Shown here: positions 1 to 10,375 of the stretch, in pieces
Numbering within the stretch: position 1 is the first letter of the stretch
How the letters are laid out: each line of letters opens with the position of its first letter
From: an uncultured delta proteobacterium
GTDB taxonomy: Bacteria > Myxococcota_A > Polyangia > Polyangiales > Houyiibacteriaceae
DNA length: 64,000 bases
Assembly (NCBI GenBank): GCA_963699755.1
Contig: CAVOVB010000001.1
Coordinates: 1,856,001 to 1,920,000, forward strand
Direction of reading: 5' to 3'
The notes under the pieces: model-generated
Told to the model about the DNA's origin: nothing
Database searches by the model: none
Seen by the model: the letters and a program-made list of their open reading frames with translations, nothing else
Translations under genes and position numbers: made by a program

Positions 1-2953
1 GCCTTGCGGCCCCGTCGACGATCGCTTCGGTGAGGTCCGCCGGAGTTTGGAGCGTTCCGTCGTCCTGTGATTTCTTGTGGGCGAGGGTCAGGTACAGCAG
101 CATGACGACACCCGTTTCCGCGTCGAGGCCAGCCAAGGCGATCATGCCGACCCAGACCGCAACGCTCATGTTGTAGTCGAGGAAGAACAGAAGCCAGACC
201 GCTCCGATGAGGGAAAATGGCACGGCGAGCATGACCATCGCAGTCTCCGCCCAGGACTTGGTGTTCCAATAGAGAAGCATCATCACCAAGAACAGCGTCA
301 CGGGCACGACCAACTTGAGCTTTTCCTTGGCGCGTTCGAGGTACTTGAACTGACCGGCCCAGCCCAACCACACACCCGCAGGCAGTGTGACCTCGTCGGC
401 GATGACACGCTTTGCGTCCTCGACGTACTGCGCGATCGGTCGGTCGGTGTCCACGAAGACGAAGCCCACGAGCTTGCCGTCTTCACTGCGAACCATCGGA
501 GGTCCCATCACGAACTTCAGGTCCACGACTTGGCTGATCGGCACCTGCGCGCCCGTCTGCGTGCTGATGAGAATCTCTCCGAGTAGCGATGGATCATCAC
601 GGAACTCGCGCGCATAGCGAACGGTGATGGGATAGCGTTCCCGTCCTTCTACGGTCTCCGAGACGGTCATGCCGCCGACGGCCGTCATGATGACCTCGTT
701 GACGTCGGCCACGCGGAGCCCGTAGCGCGCGGCCTTTTCGCGATCGACTTCGAAATCAATGAAAAACCCACCTGCGGATCGCTCCGCAAACGCGCTCCGC
801 GTCCCCGGAATCTTGGACACGGCCTGCTCGATCTGCACCGCGGTGTGCTCGATCGTCTCGAGGTCATTTCCAAACACTTGGATGCCCAAGGGGCTTCGAA
901 TGCCGGTCGCTAGCATTTCGGTGCGCGTTTGCACCGGCATCCAAAAGATGTTGGGCATACCCGGGTAGCGCACGGTTTCGTCCATCTCCTGGATTAGGCC
1001 CTTCCAAGTGAGGCCGGCTCTCCATTCGTCTCGCGGCTTGAGCACGATGGTCGTTTCCAACATGCCGAGCGGCGCGGGATCCGTGGCGGTTTCCGCTCGC
1101 CCCGCCTTGCCGAACACCGAGACCACCTCGGGGAAAGACTTGAGCTGGCGGTCCATGGCCTGGAGCACGTTCGAGGCCTCCGTCACGGACATCCCCGGAG
1201 GCGCCGTTGGCATGTAGAGAATCGTGCCCTCGTTCAGCGGAGGCATGAACTCGCTTTGCAGCTTGAAGAAGGCGGGAACCGTCAGTCCCATGGCGACGAG
1301 CGCAAAGACGACCACAGCCCGCCGGTGCGCCACGACGAACCGAACGACTGGCGCATACGAGGCGATCAGCCAACGGTTGAGGGGGTTCTCTTCTTCGCGG
1401 CGAATTTTTCCCCGGATCAGGAGTACAGCCAGCGCCGGGATAAGGGTGATCGAAAGGATCGCGGCAAACCCCATCGAGTAGGTCTTCGTGAAGGCCAGCG
1501 GCTTGAACAGACGCCCCTCCGCGCTTTCCAGGGTGAACACCGGCAAGAACGAGACCGTGATCACCAGAAGCGAGAAGAAGATCGACGGGCCGACCTCTTG
1601 CATCGCAGCCACGATCGTTTGCTGTCTCGACCCCGGCTGTCCCTCGGCATCCCAAACCTCCAACTTCTTGTGGATGTTCTCGATGACGATAATCGATGCA
1701 TCGACCATGGCGCCGATCGCGACAGCGATTCCGCCCAGCGACATGATATTCGCCGTCAGGTTTTGATAGTACATCGGGATGAAGGAGAGCATCACTGCAA
1801 GCGGTAGCGTGATGATGGGAACGAGCGCGCTTCGCGCGTGAAGCAGAAACAAGAAGATGATCACGCTGACCACGATCATCTCTTCGATCAACGTGCTTCG
1901 GAGCGTGCCGATGGCTCTCTTGATGAGGTCGGAGCGGTCGTAGGTGATGACCAGCTCGGTGCCATCGGGAAGGCCGGCCCTCACATCTTCGATCTTCTGC
2001 TTGACCGCGTCGATCACCGACAGCGCGTTTTCGCCGTAGCGCATGATGACGATGCCACCGACCACCTCGCCCTCGCCATCGAGCTCGGCGATTCCCCGAC
2101 GCATCGAAGGGCCGATGCTGACGACCGCCAGTTGATCGAGCAAGACCGGCGTACCGCCTTCGCCGAGCTTGACCGGGATCTTTCGCAGATCGTCTTCGCT
2201 ATGGATGTACCCGCGCCCCCGGATCATCTGTTCATGACCCGCAATCTCGATCGTGCGCCCTCCGGCGTCTTCGTTGGACTCGCGTACCGCCCGCACGACA
2301 TCCGCGATGCCCACGTCGTAGGCACGAAGCTTCACGGGGTCGACCTGCACCTGATATTCCTTGACGAAGCCGCCGACGGACGCCACTTCCGCGACCCCAG
2401 GCACGCTCTCGAGCGCGTACCGCAGATTCCAGTCCTGGAACGAGCGCAGCTCTTGCAGGTCGTGCTTACCGCTCCTGTCCACCAAGGCGTACTGGAACAC
2501 CCAGCCCACGCCGGTCGCATCCGGGCCTAGGGTGGGGCGCACGCCGTCCGGCAGGTCGGCGAGCGCGGAGTTGAGGTATTCCAGGACTCGGCTTCGCGCC
2601 CAGTACATGTCGGTCCCGTCTTCGAAGATCACCGAAACGAACGAGAGCCCGAAGAAAGACTGGCCTCGCACGAACTTGACCTTCGGCGCTGCCAGCAGAA
2701 AGGTCGAAATCGGGTAAGTGATCTGATCTTCGACCAAGTCGGGGCTTCGGCCCTGCCACTCCGTGAAGATGATGACCTGCGTGTCCGAGAGATCTGGAAT
2801 CGCGTCGAGCGGTGCGTTCCGGAGCGAGTAGTAGCCCCAAACACCCGCCACGATTGCGAACAAGAGCGTCATGAAAGGCTGACGCGCACTCGCCTCGATG
2901 AGGCGGGCAATCAGAGTAGGCTTCGGGCTCGCCTCGTCTTCAGTGAGCGCCAT
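1..2953 (-). CDS. cusA: CusA/CzcA-family heavy-metal RND efflux permease (Cu+/Ag+ type); 3' end runs off the window
   Basis: Missing from the ORF track because there is no stop in the window. Manual translation from ATG 2953 gives MALTEDEASPKPTLIARLIEASARQPF...PLDAIPDLSDTQVIIFTEWQGRSPDLVEDQITYP, EFMPPLNEGTILYMP, TDPAPLGMLETTI, TRTEMLATG and AVWVGMIALAGLDAETGVVMLLYL. It overlaps the end of the adaptor gene. Confidence 0.95.
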   Translation of the reverse strand, partial: MALTEDEASPKPTLIARLIEASARQPFMTLLFAIVAGVWGYYSLRNAPLDAIPDLSDTQVIIFTEWQGRSPDLVEDQITYPISTFLLAAPKVKFVRGQSFFGLSFVSVIFEDGTDMYWARSRVLEYLNSALADLPDGVRPTLGPDATGVGWVFQYALVDRSGKHDLQELRSFQDWNLRYALESVPGVAEVASVGGFVKEYQVQVDPVKLRAYDVGIADVVRAVRESNEDAGGRTIEIAGHEQMIRGRGYIHSEDDLRKIPVKLGEGGTPVLLDQLAVVSIGPSMRRGIAELDGEGEVVGGIVIMRYGENALSVIDAVKQKIEDVRAGLPDGTELVITYDRSDLIKRAIGTLRSTLIEEMIVVSVIIFLFLLHARSALVPIITLPLAVMLSFIPMYYQNLTANIMSLGGIAVAIGAMVDASIIVIENIHKKLEVWDAEGQPGSRQQTIVAAMQEVGPSIFFSLLVITVSFLPVFTLESAEGRLFKPLAFTKTYSMGFAAILSITLIPALAVLLIRGKIRREEENPLNRWLIASYAPVVRFVVAHRRAVVVFALVAMGLTVPAFFKLQSEFMPPLNEGTILYMPTAPPGMSVTEASNVLQAMDRQLKSFPEVVSVFGKAGRAETATDPAPLGMLETTIVLKPRDEWRAGLTWKGLIQEMDETVRYPGMPNIFWMPVQTRTEMLATGIRSPLGIQVFGNDLETIEHTAVQIEQAVSKIPGTRSAFAERSAGGFFIDFEVDREKAARYGLRVADVNEVIMTAVGGMTVSETVEGRERYPITVRYAREFRDDPSLLGEILISTQTGAQVPISQVVDLKFVMGPPMVRSEDGKLVGFVFVDTDRPIAQYVEDAKRVIADEVTLPAGVWLGWAGQFKYLERAKEKLKLVVPVTLFLVMMLLYWNTKSWAETAMVMLAVPFSLIGAVWLLFFLDYNMSVAVWVGMIALAGLDAETGVVMLLYLTLAHKKSQDDGTLQTPADLTEAIVDGAAR

Positions 2954-4208
2954 GCCCGCCTCCCCAATACCCGGTGGCGGATCGAATGCGGCTCTCGGCC
3001 GCGATGAGAAAATTCCCGGAAGTCACGACGACATCGCCCGGTTCGAGGCCGTGCGTCACTTCGACGTAATCGCCTGCCCGTACGCCGACTTCGATCTCTT
3101 GCGGACGAAGCCTTCCTTCGCCGAGGTCGACGAATACCAGGCGGCGGGGCCCCGTGTAGATCACCGCCGAACTGGGAATCACGAGTCGTTCCCCGAGGTC
3201 TACAGCGAGCTCGACATCAGCGTACATGTCGGGCTTGAGCGTCAAGCCTGGGTTGTCGAGCGCCACACGCACACGACCCGTCCGTGTGACTGCGTCCAGC
3301 GTTGGGTAGATGTAGTCCACCGTGCCCTCAAAGCTCTGCCCGGGCACATAGGGAAGTTGCACGGACACCGGTTGATTTTTCTTCACCTGGGCCAGATCGG
3401 ATTCATACACTTCCGCATCGACCCAGAGACGGCTCAGGTCGGCGATTCGGTAGACGCGTGTGCCGACCTCGATGCGCCCGCCCTCCACCACATCTTTGTG
3501 GATGACGTATCCGGTGGCTGGAGCCACCACAGGAACGTTCTCCCAGGCCTCGCCCCGCCGTGCGAGCTCGCGAATCTGTGCTTGGCTCATGCCGAGCAGA
3601 CGAAGCCGTTGTTCGGAGGCGCGCGTCAGCTCCGAGCTCGTGACCGAACGAGCCTCACGGTCCCGTTTCAACGTGGTCAGGTATTCGCGTTCGGCCGCGT
3701 AGAGCTCGGGGCTGTAGAGTGTAAACAGGACTTGCCCTCGCTTGACACGTTGCCCGGTCTCCTCGACATGGAGCCGGTGCACCCAGCCACTCATGCGAAG
3801 GTTCACGTCCGAGAGACGTGTCTCGTCGACCTTGACTTGGCCCACGGCACGAATCTGACGCGAGACGTTTCGCCGCTCCACGGCTGCCGTCCTGACCCCA
3901 ATCTGCTGCCGGCGCACTTCGTCGACCACGATGATCCCACTCTTCAAGTCCTCCTGCTTCACCGGCGTGAGGTCCATGCCGCATATCGGACACTTCCCTG
4001 GCGACGGCTGCTGCACAGAAGGGTGCATGGGACAGGTGTAATACGCGACGCCCTCTTCGTGCGCGTGATGATCGACCTCTTCCTGGCTTGCCTCCGGCTG
4101 CCCGGTGTCCCGGCTGAACATCCAAATCGCGGCGCCAGCCATTCCGAGAAGCAGCAGGCCGAGGAGCGCCCAGTAGCGTCGCTTTCCAGTAGGTTCACGG
4201 AAGCTCAT
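2940..4208 (-). CDS. cusB: RND efflux periplasmic adaptor (CusB-like) with N-terminal heavy-metal-binding domain
   Basis: N-terminal TM segment, YYTCPMHP...GKCPICGMDL motif, LYSPEL, LKPDMYADV and VVTSGNFLIAAES. Lies between tolC and cusA. Confidence 0.93.
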   Translation of the reverse strand: MSFREPTGKRRYWALLGLLLLGMAGAAIWMFSRDTGQPEASQEEVDHHAHEEGVAYYTCPMHPSVQQPSPGKCPICGMDLTPVKQEDLKSGIIVVDEVRRQQIGVRTAAVERRNVSRQIRAVGQVKVDETRLSDVNLRMSGWVHRLHVEETGQRVKRGQVLFTLYSPELYAAEREYLTTLKRDREARSVTSSELTRASEQRLRLLGMSQAQIRELARRGEAWENVPVVAPATGYVIHKDVVEGGRIEVGTRVYRIADLSRLWVDAEVYESDLAQVKKNQPVSVQLPYVPGQSFEGTVDYIYPTLDAVTRTGRVRVALDNPGLTLKPDMYADVELAVDLGERLVIPSSAVIYTGPRRLVFVDLGEGRLRPQEIEVGVRAGDYVEVTHGLEPGDVVVTSGNFLIAAESRIRSATGYWGGGHGAH

Positions 4209-5583
4209 TCGGCCCTCCTTGATTTCCCAGGCCCGGTAAGATTCCGCGTGCCCGATCGAGCTCTGCAGCCCGCTGCCCGAGGCTGGCCAAAACCTGCTCG
4301 TATTCGATCTCGAGTGTTCGAAGCGAACGTTCGGCGTCGATCAGCGCCTGAAAGCTATTCCGTCCGGTGTCGTAACCGAACCCGGCTGCGTCGATTTGCG
4401 CCCGCGCCGCCGGGATCAGTCGCGTCTCATACAACCGAACCACATGCTCCGCTTCGAGCACGCGCTGGCGTGCTTGATCGACCTCGACCCGCACCTCGTC
4501 TCGCTTCACAGAGAGCTCGGCGGAGGCCTGCTCGGCACGGGCCTGCGCTTCGTCGACGGCGCCCTTCCGCGACCTGATCTGCAGTGGCAGGTTCAGCGAA
4601 ACCCCGGTCATCCATTGATGCTCCGTTCGGGCCCACATCGAGTTGTATTCTCCCATGAGTCCTATTGCGGGTGAGTAGTTGCGTTTGGCGAGCCCGACCG
4701 CGGAGTCCGCAGCCCGCAACTGAGATTGCGCGGCATGAAGCTCGGGCCGATGCTCCAGCGCGTCTCGCTGCAATTCTTCCGTCTGAGGCACTTCGATCGA
4801 GGGTGGTGTCGTCCTTCGAGGCGGCGCAGGGAGCTCCAGCTCGGGGCGCTGATGGAGCAGGCCGTTGATCTGCGCCATAATCACCCTCCGCTCCGATTCG
4901 AGCATGACGCGTTGATGGATGATGTGCGCCAGCTCCACCTCGGCTTGCAGGACATCTTGCTGAGAAGCGCGTCCTGATTCGTATTGCACCATCGCGCTTG
5001 CTTTGATGTCCTCGATCAGCTCACGATGCTCGTCGTTGAGCGTGAGCACACGCGTCACTCGGTGGTAGTCGTCGAACAGGGACGAAGCCATCAGGGCAAG
5101 CGTCAGCCGCACCGCTTCGTAGCCGCCGCGCATCGCCTCGGCCTCTGCGAGCGCAACCTCTCCGGCAAACCTGAACTTACCGGGCGTGGGGAAGCGTTGC
5201 TCGAGCCGAACGACTTGGCCAAACCGCACCACGTCCGAGCGTATGCTCAGTGGCGCAAGCGAATAGCTCGCCATGGTATCTTCGAGGGAGCGTGCCTGGG
5301 GGTGTTCCGCCAGCGTGGCCCGCCAAGCCTGCCTCGCCGCTTCCAAGTTGGGGTTTCGCGCGAGGACGGCGCGAACGAGCGCCTCCCGTTCTAGCGCGGT
5401 GTCGCTGCGGAACGATGATTGCTCCTCGAGCTCCTCCCCGTCGGCACCGTTTCGTGGCTTTGCTGCGTCGAGCGCGCTTTTTTGCGCATGGTACTCACCG
5501 CGCTGGCCGTGCGCGCAGCCACTGAGGCCCATACTCCATACGAGCCAAGGCACCACGGCCGCGGCCATTGGTATTCGATTCAT
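4195..5583 (-). CDS. TolC/CusC-family outer-membrane efflux lipoprotein
   Basis: Start set at ATG 5583 (MNRIP..., SD AGAGGAG). Lipobox LSGC and OEP-type helices (VLARNPNL, YESGRASQQDVLQAE, YDTGRNSFQALIDAE). Overlaps the cusB start. Confidence 0.9.
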   Translation of the reverse strand: MNRIPMAAAVVPWLVWSMGLSGCAHGQRGEYHAQKSALDAAKPRNGADGEELEEQSSFRSDTALEREALVRAVLARNPNLEAARQAWRATLAEHPQARSLEDTMASYSLAPLSIRSDVVRFGQVVRLEQRFPTPGKFRFAGEVALAEAEAMRGGYEAVRLTLALMASSLFDDYHRVTRVLTLNDEHRELIEDIKASAMVQYESGRASQQDVLQAEVELAHIIHQRVMLESERRVIMAQINGLLHQRPELELPAPPRRTTPPSIEVPQTEELQRDALEHRPELHAAQSQLRAADSAVGLAKRNYSPAIGLMGEYNSMWARTEHQWMTGVSLNLPLQIRSRKGAVDEAQARAEQASAELSVKRDEVRVEVDQARQRVLEAEHVVRLYETRLIPAARAQIDAAGFGYDTGRNSFQALIDAERSLRTLEIEYEQVLASLGQRAAELDRARGILPGLGNQGGPNELP

Positions 5584-5595
5584 TGCTCCATTGCT

Positions 5596-5679
5596 CCTCT
5601 GCACATACCCAGGGCCTGCTTTGAACACAGACCCGCCTCGAACGGCGATGAACGCCGCTCAGCCCAAGACGCGCAGAGG
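5596..5679 (-). promoter_or_regulatory. Imperfect mRNA stem that partly sequesters the tolC Shine-Dalgarno
   Basis: On the minus strand, CCTCTGCGCGTCTTGGGC (just after the leader stop) can pair with GCCCTGGGTATGTGCAGAGG, which contains the AGAGG part of the SD. Confidence 0.55.
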
Positions 5680-5681
5680 GC

Positions 5682-6077
5682 TCAAATCAGATAGGAGCAG
5701 TTCCAAACAAACAGAGGTGGGCCGTGTACTCCAGGAGAGCCGCGCGCCAGCGGAATCCACCCCGCGTCGGTGGGGGGTGCATCGCCGGGCTCGTCCATCT
5801 GGACGGCCGAGGAAATCAAAAGGGGCGCATCCACGCCGGCCTTGTCGCTTCCGGTCGCGACCGGCGGATGCTCGCTCTTCGAGATCAGCGCGCCGCAGCA
5901 ATCGTCGACAGGCTCGAGCTGGACGGGAGGCCCCTCGTGTTCGCCGTGGCAGCAGCAGGTCCTCACGATGAGGCCTTCCATGGCGCACAGATGCAGCGCC
6001 GCCCCAGCCACCCCGGTGGTGGCCACGAACATGAGCGTCAAAAGGGCTGTGGCTGCTCGCAGCATTCGGACGCCCAT
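5682..6077 (-). CDS. Small exported Cys/His-rich leader protein (HYC_CC_PP / DUF2946-like)
   Basis: Signal-like N-terminus (MGVRMLRAATALLTLMFVATTGVAG), then HLC, CCCH, DDCC and a C-terminal HGPPLFVWNCSYLI. Co-oriented directly upstream of the efflux operon. Confidence 0.75.
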   Translation of the reverse strand: MGVRMLRAATALLTLMFVATTGVAGAALHLCAMEGLIVRTCCCHGEHEGPPVQLEPVDDCCGALISKSEHPPVATGSDKAGVDAPLLISSAVQMDEPGDAPPTDAGWIPLARGSPGVHGPPLFVWNCSYLI

Positions 6078-6143
6078 TCTAGCACAGCGCCCGCCAGGTG
6101 CGGTCGCGTCGTTTTTGCCCCATAGCGGGGAGGGTAGGAAGCC

Positions 6144-8387
6144 ATGCCTATCTCGAACGAACTGTACACCTGTCCCATGCATCCGGAGGTCCGACAAGAT
6201 CACAGCGGGTCCTGCCCGACCTGCGGAATGGCGCTCGAACCCGTCGCGCCACCGCCACCACGAGCGCAGGTCGAGTGGACCTGCCCGATGCACCCGGAGA
6301 TCGTGAGGGTCGAGCCGGGAAGCTGCCCGATTTGCGGGATGGCGCTCGAGCCACGCGACGTCTCGGCAGATGACGATGCTGCGAACCCGGAGCTCGTCGA
6401 TATGACGCGCCGCTTTTGGGTGGCGGCCGCGTTCGCCATTCCGGTGGCTGTCATTGCGATGGGCGACCTGCTTCCCGGAGAGCCGATCTCACAGATCCTT
6501 ACCCCGAGGGCGCGGACTCTGTTGGAGCTTGCACTCGCAACACCCGTTTGCCTCTGGGCAGCCTGGCCTTTTTATGTTCGCTTCGCACAGTCGTTGAAAA
6601 ACAAGAGCCTGAACATGTTCACGCTGATCGGCTTGGGTGTGAGCGTTGCATATGGCTACAGCGTCGTCGCGGCGCTCGCGCCCCAAATCTTTCCCAAGTC
6701 GTTTCGAAACGAGGGTGGAGAAGTCGCGGTGTACTTCGAGGCGGCTGCGGTAATCGTCACGCTGATCTTGTTGGGGCAAGTTTTGGAGCTTCGCGCGCGT
6801 GGTCAGACGGGGGCCGCAATCAAGAAGCTCCTCGGCCTCGCGGCAAAAACGGCGCGACGCATTCGCGAGGACGGAAGTGACGAGGACGTACCGTTGGAGC
6901 ACGTTCATGCTGGGGATCGCTTGCGTGTGCGCCCTGGTGAGAAAGTGCCAGTCGACGGGGTCGTTCTTGAAGGGGCAAGCTCCATCGACGAGTCGATGGT
7001 GACTGGCGAGCCGATTCCCATCGAGAAGCACGAGGGAGATCAGGTCATTGGAGCAACGATCAATGGTACCGGAATGCTCATCATACGGGCCGAAAAGGTT
7101 GGCTCGGATACGCTTTTGTCCCGGATCGTCGCGATGGTCGCCGAAGCGCAACGAAGCCGGGCTCCGATTCAGAAGCTTGCGGACGTGGTGTCCGGCTACT
7201 TCGTGCCGATCGTAATCAGTGTAGCCATCGTGACGTTCGCGATTTGGGGGCTGGTCGGCCCGGAGCCACGCATGGCGCATGGTTTGATCAACGCGGTTGC
7301 CGTCCTCATCATCGCGTGCCCTTGTGCGCTCGGCCTGGCGACCCCGATGTCGATCATGGTCGCCATGGGCAAAGGGGCGAGTGTCGGCGTTCTCTTCAAG
7401 GATGCCGAAGCGATCGAAGTCTTGCGCAAAGTAGACACCCTCGTCGTGGACAAGACGGGAACGCTCACGGCGGGCCGACCCGCGCTGGTGATCGTGGAGA
7501 CGGCCCCTGGGTTCGACGCGACCGAGCTGCTCAGCGCTGCATCCGGTCTCGAGCGTGCAAGCGAGCATCCCTTGGCGGAAGCGATCGTGGCCGGTGCTCT
7601 AGAACGAGGTGTTTCCATACCGCATGCGGAATCGTTCGAGTCGATCACGGGTCAGGGCGTGCTCGGCCGTGTTGCGGCCCGTGACGTGGCGCTTGGGAAT
7701 CTCAAGCTGCTCGAAGGACTCGGCCTATCCGCGGGTGCGCAGGCTCGCCGGGCAGACGAGTTACGCGGCCAAGGGCAAACCGTCATGTTCGTCGTGGTCG
7801 ATGGAGCGGTCGTCGGGATTCTCGGCGTGGCCGACCCCATCAAAGACAATACGCCAGACGCCATTGCCGCCTTGCATGCGGAGGGGGTGCGCGTCGTGAT
7901 GCTCACTGGCGACAACCGCAAGACCGCCGACGCAGTCGCCGCGAAGCTGTCGATCGACGAGGTGATCGCCGAGGTGCTGCCCGATCAAAAGGCAGAGGTC
8001 ATCAAGCGCCTGCAGGACGGCGGAAGCGTCGTGGCGATGGCGGGCGACGGGATCAACGACGCCCCGGCGCTAGCGCAGGCGCATGTCGGAATCGCCATGG
8101 GCACCGGCACCGACGTGGCGATGGAGAGCGCCGGCGTAACTCTGGTCAAAGGCGACCTGCGCGGAATCGTTCGTGCCCGAAAGCTCAGTCGGGCGACGAT
8201 GGCCAACATCAAACAGAACCTGTTCTTTGCCTTCGTCTACAACAGCTTGGGGGTGCCAATTGCTGCTGGCGTGGCCTATCCGGTGTTCGGCCTCCTTCTC
8301 AGCCCGATGATCGCGGCGGGAGCGATGAGCTTCAGCTCCGTGTCCGTGATCGCGAACTCGTTGCGTCTGCGCCGCTTGCAGATCTAA
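6144..8387 (+). CDS. copA: Cu(I)-exporting P1B-type ATPase
   Basis: Two TCPMHP...CPxCGMAL domains, [25 protein letters not shown] in TM7 and MSFSS in TM8. Confidence 0.96.
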   Translation: MPISNELYTCPMHPEVRQDHSGSCPTCGMALEPVAPPPPRAQVEWTCPMHPEIVRVEPGSCPICGMALEPRDVSADDDAANPELVDMTRRFWVAAAFAIPVAVIAMGDLLPGEPISQILTPRARTLLELALATPVCLWAAWPFYVRFAQSLKNKSLNMFTLIGLGVSVAYGYSVVAALAPQIFPKSFRNEGGEVAVYFEAAAVIVTLILLGQVLELRARGQTGAAIKKLLGLAAKTARRIREDGSDEDVPLEHVHAGDRLRVRPGEKVPVDGVVLEGASSIDESMVTGEPIPIEKHEGDQVIGATINGTGMLIIRAEKVGSDTLLSRIVAMVAEAQRSRAPIQKLADVVSGYFVPIVISVAIVTFAIWGLVGPEPRMAHGLINAVAVLIIACPCALGLATPMSIMVAMGKGASVGVLFKDAEAIEVLRKVDTLVVDKTGTLTAGRPALVIVETAPGFDATELLSAASGLERASEHPLAEAIVAGALERGVSIPHAESFESITGQGVLGRVAARDVALGNLKLLEGLGLSAGAQARRADELRGQGQTVMFVVVDGAVVGILGVADPIKDNTPDAIAALHAEGVRVVMLTGDNRKTADAVAAKLSIDEVIAEVLPDQKAEVIKRLQDGGSVVAMAGDGINDAPALAQAHVGIAMGTGTDVAMESAGVTLVKGDLRGIVRARKLSRATMANIKQNLFFAFVYNSLGVPIAAGVAYPVFGLLLSPMIAAGAMSFSSVSVIANSLRLRRLQI

Positions 8388-8500
8388 CGTACGGCTCGAC
8401 CTCGCTCGTTACGCGAAGGTGATCACACTGGCATGCGCGAGCCTCGCAGCGCGATCACGTCGTTGTGGGAGCTCGGTGGAACCCGGCGCAGCGCCGCGTC

Positions 8501-8825
8501 CTACCAGTGAATCCCGTGCATGATGTGTGCGAAGGCCACTGCTTCGGGCCCCGGCGGTCGGTGATCGCCTTCCTCGCCCTTCTTTGGCGAATCCGGGAAT
8601 CGAACGGCTGAAGGCATCGAGGGCGGCCTTGCTCGCGACGTAGGCGCTGAACCGTGGCGCATTGGCTTGAACACCGATGCTAGAGATGGTGACGATTTGG
8701 CCGCCTTTGCGCTCACGCATGGTCGGCAAGAGGCCCAAGATGAGCTTGAGCGAGCCGAAGTAGTTGAGCTCCATCGTTCGCTCGAAGTCGTGATAGCGGT
8801 CGTACGAATGGGACACCCCCCGACG
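8501..8825 (-). pseudogene. Remnant of a fatty acyl-CoA reductase-like SDR (C-terminal pieces only)
   Basis: Reads SYDRYHDFERTMELNYFG...FSAYVASKAALDAFSR, then jumps in another frame to FPDS...FAHIMHGIHW*. The N-terminal TGxxxGIG and an internal segment are missing compared with the paralog at 33068. Confidence 0.75.
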
Positions 8826-8887
8826 GCAACACGGGACGCGATAAAAAACATGGCTTTGCGGCGCTATTGAAGGTAGGGAACGGTCAG

Positions 8888-9499
8888 ATGCACCCTAGGC
8901 TCGAAGCCTACATCAGCCGCGCGCTGCCGCATATCGATGAGGTTGTTGACGAGCGGAAGCGCGCGCTACGAGAAGTCTCCGCGTTCGTTGCGGCCAAGCA
9001 TCGGGCAGGGCAAGTCGCCGAGCTGACGTTCGTCTGTACGCACAACTCCCGGCGGAGCCAGATGGGGCAACTTTGGGCCGCGGCGGCCGCCGCGCACTTT
9101 GGAATAGAGCATGTGCGCACGTACTCGGGTGGCAACGAAGCAACGGCGTTCAACCCGCGCGCAGCGGCCGCGATGCAGCGCGCGGGTTTCATCATCGAGA
9201 ACCCGGGAGGCGACAATCCGTGCTACCAGGTGACGTTCGACGAAGAGGGTCCGGTCATCGAATGCTTCTCGAAGATCTATGATGACCCTGTCAATCCCGC
9301 GACCGGCTTCGCGGCCATCATGACCTGCTCCGATGCGGACGAGGCCTGTCCCGTGATCAAGGGCGCGGCCCTTCGCGCGCCGATTCGTTACGATGACCCC
9401 AAAGTCGCCGACGGAACGCCGGACGAGGCGTTGGCCTATGATGCGCGTTGCCTGCAGATCGCGACGGAGATGCTCTACGTATTCGCGCGGGTCGCCTAG
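8888..9499 (+). CDS. Low-molecular-weight phosphatase / ArsC-like arsenate reductase family protein
   Basis: P-loop FVCTHNSRRSQ, MTCSDADEACP and YDDPK motifs; close to acr3. Confidence 0.85.
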   Translation: MHPRLEAYISRALPHIDEVVDERKRALREVSAFVAAKHRAGQVAELTFVCTHNSRRSQMGQLWAAAAAAHFGIEHVRTYSGGNEATAFNPRAAAAMQRAGFIIENPGGDNPCYQVTFDEEGPVIECFSKIYDDPVNPATGFAAIMTCSDADEACPVIKGAALRAPIRYDDPKVADGTPDEALAYDARCLQIATEMLYVFARVA

Positions 9500-10371
9500 C
9501 GGACGATGACGGAGCTGGGTTCGGGCGGGGCAGCCAGCACGTCTCGGTTCGACTTTGGCTGCCGTCCGTCGGCCTCGGAGATCCCATACTCCCGTGCAAG
9601 CTCCGCGACGATGAGAACGCGGCCCGAGCGCTCCATCCGCCTCTCGTCGCAATGCAGTGCCTCGATGACGCGGCCGATCAGATTGGGACTCTCCGCGTTG
9701 GCGAGAAACTTTCCATACGGGCCCTTCATGGCATCGGGATGCTGAAAGAGCGGCTCGTTCCGCTCGGTTCGAACGAAACCCAGCCACAGGCTCATGGCGG
9801 CCACGTCGTGATCGCGAAAGTCGACGGCCATGTCCATCGCCATCTTGTCGACTCCTGCTTTGCCCGCACCGTAAGCGGGGCCATGCATGTAGCAGCGCCC
9901 ACCGTAGCTCGAGGTGAACACGACGAGGCCACCTCCGGTTCGAAGCAGGATCGGCGCAGCAAAATAGCTGGCGACGTAGTGTGAGCGTTGCCCCACGTCG
10001 AGAATGCGCAAAAGGTCGAGGGACTTCTCCCAAAACGGACCGGGCTTGGCGAGCTCCCTCGGCACCGCGGTCGCGTTGTTGACCAGGATGTCGAGGCGCC
10101 CCTGCTCGTCGCCGACGCGTGCGAACAACTGGCGAACCTGCTCGTCGTCGGAGTGGTCGCAAGTGACGGCGATGCCTCGGCCGCCAGCCTCGGTGACCGC
10201 CGAAGCCGTGGCCTGCACCGTCCCGCCCAGCGGATGCTCCTTGCCGCTTTTCTGGCTCCGTCCGCTGACGTACACCGTGACACCTGAAGCACCGAGGGCG
10301 ATGGCAATTCCCTTCCCGACGCCGCGGCTTGCACCGGTGATGACGGCGACTCTCTCGTGGCTCCCGTTCAT
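9496..10371 (-). CDS. SDR oxidoreductase (DHRS1-like)
   Basis: TGASRGVGKG, LVNNA and YGAGK motifs. Confidence 0.9.
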   Translation of the reverse strand: MNGSHERVAVITGASRGVGKGIAIALGASGVTVYVSGRSQKSGKEHPLGGTVQATASAVTEAGGRGIAVTCDHSDDEQVRQLFARVGDEQGRLDILVNNATAVPRELAKPGPFWEKSLDLLRILDVGQRSHYVASYFAAPILLRTGGGLVVFTSSYGGRCYMHGPAYGAGKAGVDKMAMDMAVDFRDHDVAAMSLWLGFVRTERNEPLFQHPDAMKGPYGKFLANAESPNLIGRVIEALHCDERRMERSGRVLIVAELAREYGISEADGRQPKSNRDVLAAPPEPSSVIVR

Positions 10372-10375
10372 GGCG

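Noticed and set aside
77..2844. Many mid-size ORFs in the track over the first 2.9 kb
   Set aside because: They are antisense or off-frame shadows of cusA, which the track misses because its stop lies outside the window.
2898..4577. 559-aa plus-strand ORF and similar long antisense ORFs (e.g. 30320-31858, 6489-7568)
   Set aside because: These are high-GC shadow frames opposite well-supported genes and carry no motifs.
5580..5591. Mini-ORF ATG-GAG-CAA-TGA and GAGCAATG duplication at the tolC start
   Set aside because: Too short to distinguish from chance.
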